Of a stretch of DNA of 20,000 nucleotides, positions 14,837 to 20,000 are shown in pieces. The notes under the pieces are model-generated. The model worked only from the letters and a program-made list of their open reading frames with translations, had not been told where the DNA came from and made no database searches. The DNA comes from an uncultured virus (IMG/VR IMGVR_UViG_3300037156_000055) (taxonomy: Duplodnaviria > Heunggongvirae > Uroviricota > Caudoviricetes), in the IMG/VR virus record IMGVR_UViG_3300037156_000055; one strand, 5' to 3'. Position 1 is the first letter of the stretch, and each line of letters starts with the position of its first letter. Both the position numbers and the translations under genes were made by a program.

Positions 14837-17811
14837 GTATCATTGGTGCAGCCCCGCTCTGGCGTAGCTTCTTCTGATAGGCCCGTTAGATTGAGTGGTA
14901 ATAGAGAAGCCATCGCACAGCGATACCACTTCTCGGTACATTCTTCGTATGGCATCTGTGGGTATGCACCAGCTTTCACCTTAGGTAGTAGGCTGATACC
15001 CTTTAATTGGTATTGGTAGTGGTTAAGGCAGGCTGCAATCTCGTCTGCTCCCACCAATCCTGGATCAAAAGTGACGGTACATGAAACTTGATTGTCGGCC
15101 CAGTATCGCTGGAGGAAAGCAGCCATGGCAAACTGTTCCCATATACTAACTTCAGAGACTGTTCTAATGCTGTCATTAAGAGCTACGTAGAACTCAACAA
15201 CGACCGAGGAAGAGTCCCCAACGCAATCCTCGACAATGTAATTAGCTGATCTAAATCGTTCAACATACGGGGAAGCATTACTGAGTCGAACGCGCCTAAT
15301 GTAGTACCGTGATTCGGGCCAGTGCATACCGGGAGTCGCCCCAGCAAGGAGCGACACTGTTCCAGACGGTTTAATACTTGTCGTCTTAACTGACATCGGC
15401 ACAGCGAACCATTCGCTGTACTTTCGGTCAACGTATTGGATGTAGTCGTATCCACTCTCGCACCATTCTTTTAGTGTGTGAAGCCCATGCTTTGCGACAA
15501 ACTGCTGGATGCCCGACATACTCGTACCGATGCGTCGGTTACGAAGTAGTACCTTATTCGTCTTAGGCCAGTGTGTCTTGCCAAGCGTGACTGTTTTAGC
15601 GTAAAGATAGGCGAACTTAAGGGTTCTCCGGTAATCAGTGAGGTCAGTACAGTTGCTTGGAAATGTTTCAACCAAGTTGCACAGTTCGAAGTGTTCCAGA
15701 GACTGTTCAGCACAATTGCTAACGTTGAGTCCTCCAGTCCAGTACGTGTGTTCCTCACTATTAACGGTGATGTCATAGACTTCCATATCTCCGAGATATT
15801 CAGTTTCGATAATCTGATATGTTTTCTTAGTATTACTACGCGCTAACGGCGATTTACCAGTCATAGCAATAGCCGTCTTCAATCGTTCTTTTTTGTAAAC
15901 TTGAATAAATCCGATGAGCTTAGCGAAACGCTCGCGATCAACAGTGATATTGATATCGTAGCTTTCTTTGCACGTATACACACCGTTACTGAATTCAACG
16001 TCCTTAGACTTGTTTGTCGTAAAGTACGAACGAATACCAAGGGCACTTAGAAGCAACTGAACTTGTTCACGCAGTTTGCGTGACACAAGTTTCAATGTGA
16101 CTCGATTGCCACACACGCTTCCGTTAGCTGAATATAAACCACGCAAGAAGCCAGCAGACGCAGCATCTCCCCGCATGTATCGATCTGGAATACGTCGTTC
16201 ATTAATATGACCGACTTCATCCCTTGTCAGGGTAGTGTTAACAAAGTGGGTTGTACCACTAGAAAATTCTCCGATTAGATGTTTGACTTCACTCCAAAAA
16301 TAGTCGCTATCATTCTCGCCAATGCAGAGATAGACAGATGACCGTTCATTATGAGTTCCATCACCGAGAACCAGACCATCTAAGATAGATTGAGGATGAA
16401 GCTCAAAGCTATCGATATATTCTCCAGGAAGAATATCTATTGACTCAGCTTGACATACTTCTACTTTCTGCCCTTCCGATATAATGCGGTGATTCTCTGT
16501 ACCATAGAAGGTGCCAGCGTTCGTAGTATAGCGGTATACCGGCTTAACGCCTGTACTCCACTTCTTAGTAACGCGAGTCCATCCTGATTCAGTCCAGATT
16601 AGTTGACCAGTCTTGATTTCTCCCATGGTAATGATTCCGCGTTCACCAAGTAATGGTGCGAACGCAGGCTGGCAAGGGTTAGCGCCTCTAACTCTTTTGT
16701 CTTTGTGGTTTGCGGGTTCTTCCATTCGACCATAGGCTTTTGCATTCTCCAACCACATATATCCAGGCTCACCATTACCGTGAGTCTTAGTTGCTACATG
16801 ACGATAGTCCATACCAATGTCTGCGAAGATGGAATTGTTACTTGTCCATCCATGTGCTGCACGATCTTTTTGTGGTCCCTCGAAGTGCCCCGGAGTGACT
16901 TCTGTTTCACCGTCAGTCATCCAAACACGTTCAGGTACCCAATAATAGTTCTTGAGGTTGATGTACTCTTCACTATCGTATGGCCCGAAGACGATTTCGG
17001 CGGTTCGTCGAACGTTCCCCGACACGACGCAGCAACCAATGAGGTTCATGATGTCTACGATGTCTGTCTCGGTTAGATATTGACCATCACGATTATCAAG
17101 TAGTTTCCGAATCTTGTCGTGCATTTCCATCAGTGGTTCGGGGCCACTTGACGTGCCGCCGAAGCCTTTGATCGGTAAGTCTTTCTCTCGGATAGATCGG
17201 TAGTCAAATATCCACTGGGCAGACCCAGTGAAGTACCCATCTAGAAGGCGGCGTAGGGACTCTACCCAGCCTTCGCGGTCGTCAGTGATGGTATAATACC
17301 CTAGCTGGTCACTCCGCCTCACCTGGAGCTTCCCAGCCCCCTTTACGTCGAAGCCTACACCGATGCCAACCATACTTGCATCCATGAGGAACGTGAATGG
17401 CTCAGTAGTCTCCTTGTCAATGAACTCAGTACTCACGAAGCCGCAATTGTTCAAGGCAGCATAGAGATGCCGTTCCTCAGTGAGAGGTGATCCCATAGCC
17501 CACATACCTCGCCCTGGTGGAAGGAATTTCATGTGGAACATGCGGTCATACATTTCTTTGGCGCTCTTCTGTGCCCGAGCATCAGACCAACCTAAGTCTT
17601 GTTCCTTGATATGACGCTCTTGCATCCGGTACGTACCTTCAACCACTCGGCGAACAGTCTCATACCAGACCTCGTTAGTACCATCCGTTTTAATTCGGGA
17701 GTAAGTGCGGAGATATACGAACTCTCCAAGTCCGTTGAATCCAAAGGGCGGGGTAATATTTTTGTACTTGGAAATGAAAGAGTCGGGTAACCTGAATGTT
17801 GCATCGATCAA
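14803..17811 (-). CDS. nrdJ: class II (adenosylcobalamin-dependent) ribonucleotide reductase, RTPR type, intein-containing
   Basis: RTYSR, FLPPGRG, NNCGF, GNVRRTAEI, NP-[intein]-CAEQ, ELCNL, IKPSGTVS, C-terminal CxxxxC; 682 aa after splicing. Confidence 0.93.
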   Translation of the reverse strand: MIDATFRLPDSFISKYKNITPPFGFNGLGEFVYLRTYSRIKTDGTNEVWYETVRRVVEGTYRMQERHIKEQDLGWSDARAQKSAKEMYDRMFHMKFLPPGRGMWAMGSPLTEERHLYAALNNCGFVSTEFIDKETTEPFTFLMDASMVGIGVGFDVKGAGKLQVRRSDQLGYYTITDDREGWVESLRRLLDGYFTGSAQWIFDYRSIREKDLPIKGFGGTSSGPEPLMEMHDKIRKLLDNRDGQYLTETDIVDIMNLIGCCVVSGNVRRTAEIVFGPYDSEEYINLKNYYWVPERVWMTDGETEVTPGHFEGPQKDRAAHGWTSNNSIFADIGMDYRHVATKTHGNGEPGYMWLENAKAYGRMEEPANHKDKRVRGANPCQPAFAPLLGERGIITMGEIKTGQLIWTESGWTRVTKKWSTGVKPVYRYTTNAGTFYGTENHRIISEGQKVEVCQAESIDILPGEYIDSFELHPQSILDGLVLGDGTHNERSSVYLCIGENDSDYFWSEVKHLIGEFSSGTTHFVNTTLTRDEVGHINERRIPDRYMRGDAASAGFLRGLYSANGSVCGNRVTLKLVSRKLREQVQLLLSALGIRSYFTTNKSKDVEFSNGVYTCKESYDINITVDRERFAKLIGFIQVYKKERLKTAIAMTGKSPLARSNTKKTYQIIETEYLGDMEVYDITVNSEEHTYWTGGLNVSNCAEQSLEHFELCNLVETFPSNCTDLTDYRRTLKFAYLYAKTVTLGKTHWPKTNKVLLRNRRIGTSMSGIQQFVAKHGLHTLKEWCESGYDYIQYVDRKYSEWFAVPMSVKTTSIKPSGTVSLLAGATPGMHWPESRYYIRRVRLSNASPYVERFRSANYIVEDCVGDSSSVVVEFYVALNDSIRTVSEVSIWEQFAMAAFLQRYWADNQVSCTVTFDPGLVGADEIAACLNHYQYQLKGISLLPKVKAGAYPQMPYEECTEKWYRCAMASLLPLNLTGLSEEATPERGCTNDTCVVDFTGATS
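15715..16674 (-). mobile_element. intein (320 aa) with LAGLIDADG-type homing endonuclease domain
   Basis: Starts at Cys (GANP|CQPA), block B TENH, motifs LDGLVLGDG and FLRGLYSANG, block F VYDITV, ends VSN|C. Confidence 0.93.
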
Positions 17812-17815
17812 TTTG

Positions 17816-18592
17816 TCACTCTTGGTTTAGAATTTGTAGTACGATATTGTCCAGGTGCCGATTCATCATGTGTTCTTCGTGCGAATTCTCTAGGTAGTGG
17901 TGGGCGGCTAAGGCATCCGTTTCAAGCTCTGAAGCATGAGCATCGCCGGGATCAATAGTAATGCTGTCACGAATACCAACACGTACAACACACTCACTAT
18001 CACCAGTTGTGAGTTTAACGATATTGAATCCAATGTTCGCCAGTGCTTCCGCTTCATTGCGGAAACGCATGTCGTCAACCGTGATAACATATGTGCCATC
18101 ATTTCGTGCTTTCTCTACGGCTGCGATTGTTTGATTGATCCAGTAGTTCTCATCTGTGGCCCGACGATAGTTCGTGCCCCACCATTGCAGTAGTGGACGT
18201 AACTGCGCCTTATTCTTATTGATCCATTCAACTTTCTCGTTGTCAGTCGGAAGGATCAACTTGGGGCTGATGTGCATGTGTAATGCTTGAGCAGCGGCGA
18301 TCCATGTAGCATCAATGTTATTGGGATCGCCAAACCATGTAGCGGGTAGCATTTCGCTACCGCCAAGATAGTTGTAGACCTCTATTTTCAGCGGCCGGGC
18401 GAAGGGAAGATTAACCCCGCCATACTTCTTATTGATATACGCAGCGGCAGATGTCTTACCTGATCCTAGCTTTCCAGTGAAAGCAATTAAGAGAGGACGC
18501 TCATGTGATGGCTTGTGATGCTTACGAAGAGGGTTGCCGTACCCTGCGTAGTTACTATGTGGCCCGGATCGATCATAGATTTGTGTAGTCAT
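17816..18592 (-). CDS. deoxynucleoside monophosphate kinase
   Basis: P-loop GKLGSGKT, FARPLK, RPLLQWWGT, DDMRFRNE, HASE. Confidence 0.9.
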   Translation of the reverse strand: MTTQIYDRSGPHSNYAGYGNPLRKHHKPSHERPLLIAFTGKLGSGKTSAAAYINKKYGGVNLPFARPLKIEVYNYLGGSEMLPATWFGDPNNIDATWIAAAQALHMHISPKLILPTDNEKVEWINKNKAQLRPLLQWWGTNYRRATDENYWINQTIAAVEKARNDGTYVITVDDMRFRNEAEALANIGFNIVKLTTGDSECVVRVGIRDSITIDPGDAHASELETDALAAHHYLENSHEEHMMNRHLDNIVLQILNQE

Positions 18593-19404
18593 AGGCTATA
18601 CTCGTTTGGTACGAAGTGGCGAAACTGTATCCAGCCGCTATCGAAGTTCTTATATTCATTGGGCTCGCTGTCTCGTACAGCTTGAGCTACATGCTCGAAA
18701 GGTGAAGCATGTGGGGGACGCGCCTCATAGAGTTTTTTGAATAGTGCCAAGTCAGCTTCAGGGTTTCGCTGTCCATCGTGAGATAGATAGGACACCCTAG
18801 CGCAACGCGCAACGGACAGTTGAAGCAGTAATGGAATCGGGTGATCGGCAATGTCTTCTTCCTCAACGTAAGGCATATGCCAATTGCCTTCAGTAAGTTC
18901 ATTCGGCTTTGAAGCTTTGTACGCAGCCAACATCATGTTAGCTATAGTCTGCATCTCGGGTTGTGCATCTGGATGACAACGCTGAGCGAAGAAGTTCTTC
19001 CACCGTGTACCAGAGATGATTACCGTATGCCACATAAACGGTTCTAAAAGCCGGTTAGATAGTTGCTTATGAACTCCAAGCTCTGCTAATGTCTCAGCAC
19101 CACGAACAGCATCCCATCGCGCCTCAAGCCATACGCGCTTAGCTGTATCGTAGTCATCGATAGCTTCACCGGCTTGCATACCTGGACGGTTTCCGCCGAA
19201 GGATGCAGGGATAAACGGATCATCCTTAACCCGTTGAATCATTTTCTTGACTGGTATCGCACGGGACGAAGCAGAGTTTCTGCTATAGTCCCTGTGAGTA
19301 TTTAGTTCGGCCAAGATAATGCGAGGCAGGCACAATTCAAAAGTAGTAAGACGTGATCCTGATGGCGATAGTGAATCGCAGATGATTTCTGCAGAGAACG
19401 CCAT
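18589..19404 (-). CDS. thyX: FAD-dependent thymidylate synthase (phage ThyX/Thy1 type)
   Basis: ELNTHRDYSRNSASSRAIP, HKQxxNRLLEPF, AQPEM, SVARCARVSY, HASPFEH. Confidence 0.9.
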   Translation of the reverse strand: MAFSAEIICDSLSPSGSRLTTFELCLPRIILAELNTHRDYSRNSASSRAIPVKKMIQRVKDDPFIPASFGGNRPGMQAGEAIDDYDTAKRVWLEARWDAVRGAETLAELGVHKQLSNRLLEPFMWHTVIISGTRWKNFFAQRCHPDAQPEMQTIANMMLAAYKASKPNELTEGNWHMPYVEEEDIADHPIPLLLQLSVARCARVSYLSHDGQRNPEADLALFKKLYEARPPHASPFEHVAQAVRDSEPNEYKNFDSGWIQFRHFVPNEYSL

Positions 19405-19644
19405 CTAAAGTGGTACCGGCATAGTGCCTTCATCTTTTTTCGGCCAGCACTTACTACACTTCGTTAGAAGATGCCAGAAAGACATATGAGAGTCGAACGT
19501 TTCTGTCTCTTTGTATTCCGCTGCACCGTAATGTTCTTTATTTGTGCTGCTGCTTTTCAAGGCCGCACATAGAGGAGTAGCGTGAAGCGCGTGAACGTTA
19601 GTGCGTCCATAGCGTTGCGGGCAAACTACTGCGTATCCAATCAT
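19405..19644 (-). CDS. hypothetical protein
   Basis: 79-aa ORF coupled at both ends. Confidence 0.65.
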   Translation of the reverse strand: MIGYAVVCPQRYGRTNVHALHATPLCAALKSSSTNKEHYGAAEYKETETFDSHMSFWHLLTKCSKCWPKKDEGTMPVPL

Positions 19645-20000
19645 GCTACACGATTGATACTAGCTTCGTGAGAGAATCCGCCCTTGTATCTGGCCTGCAA
19701 TTTTTCAATGTTCTTCTTCATGATGTCGTTAAGGTTGAACTTGGCCGCAGATGCGAACCGTGCCACATACCATTGCACATCACCGAGTTCTTCGTGAAGC
19801 TTATCGGGGTTGTACTTATGCTTGTGGAATACAGCCTTTTTCATGAGGTCTGCTACCTCGCCCGCTTCACCAGCGAGGCCGAGTGCAGCCATAATCATTG
19901 AGGCACGATTTTCTGCATGTTCAAGGTCTTCATTAGTCATACGTTCGAACGGCATCTGTAAACCTAGAAACGATGTAAGGTCAAGCAGGCTTGACGAACT
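19641..20000 (-). CDS. MazG-like nucleotide pyrophosphohydrolase (possibly 5'-truncated by the window edge)
   Basis: LGLAGEAGEVADLMKK...EELGDVQWY...NIEKLQARY; the frame stays open from ATG 19955 to the window end. Confidence 0.88.
   Translation of the reverse strand, partial: SSSSLLDLTSFLGLQMPFERMTNEDLEHAENRASMIMAALGLAGEAGEVADLMKKAVFHKHKYNPDKLHEELGDVQWYVARFASAAKFNLNDIMKKNIEKLQARYKGGFSHEASINRVA

Noticed and set aside
544..19901. Antisense and alternative-frame ORFs in the track (e.g. 544..783, 2822..3202, 9472..9783, 15471..15776, 16705..17076, 19668..19901)
   Set aside because: Shadow ORFs overlapping better-supported genes, without RBS or recognisable motifs.
1..20000. CRISPR array, diversity-generating retroelement or stop-codon reassignment
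   Set aside because: No regularly spaced repeats, no RT or TR/VR pair, and conserved enzymes read through intact under the standard code with TAA, TAG and TGA all used as stops.

Overview
Segment of a tailed dsDNA bacteriophage genome (host not determinable from the sequence) with two convergent gene blocks. The + strand block (1-8.6 kb) is a tightly packed, early-type run of small hypothetical and Cys/His-rich proteins. It also holds a ParB-like protein, a compact tyrosine recombinase and a Zn-dependent cytidine/dCMP deaminase-family protein. The - strand block (9-20 kb) is a nucleotide-metabolism module: MazG-like pyrophosphatase, ThyX, dNMP kinase, class II ribonucleotide reductase with a 320-aa LAGLIDADG intein, sigma-region-4-like protein, metallophosphoesterase, HNH endonuclease and HAD deoxyribonucleotidase. 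The blocks meet at a hairpin-dense junction containing a tRNA 5'-half, a terminator, a perfect inverted repeat and tRNA-Thr(TGT). The most notable non-coding signals are (i) a ~385-nt multi-helix RNA at ~5916-6302 that I cannot assign to a known family, flanked by its own sigma70-like promoter and intrinsic terminator, and (ii) two gaplessly aligning 106-bp elements in inverted orientation (3405-3510 and 8523-8628) that bracket a 5.2-kb segment carrying the recombinase, that RNA and the deaminase. All calls come from manual motif reading; no database searches were run.
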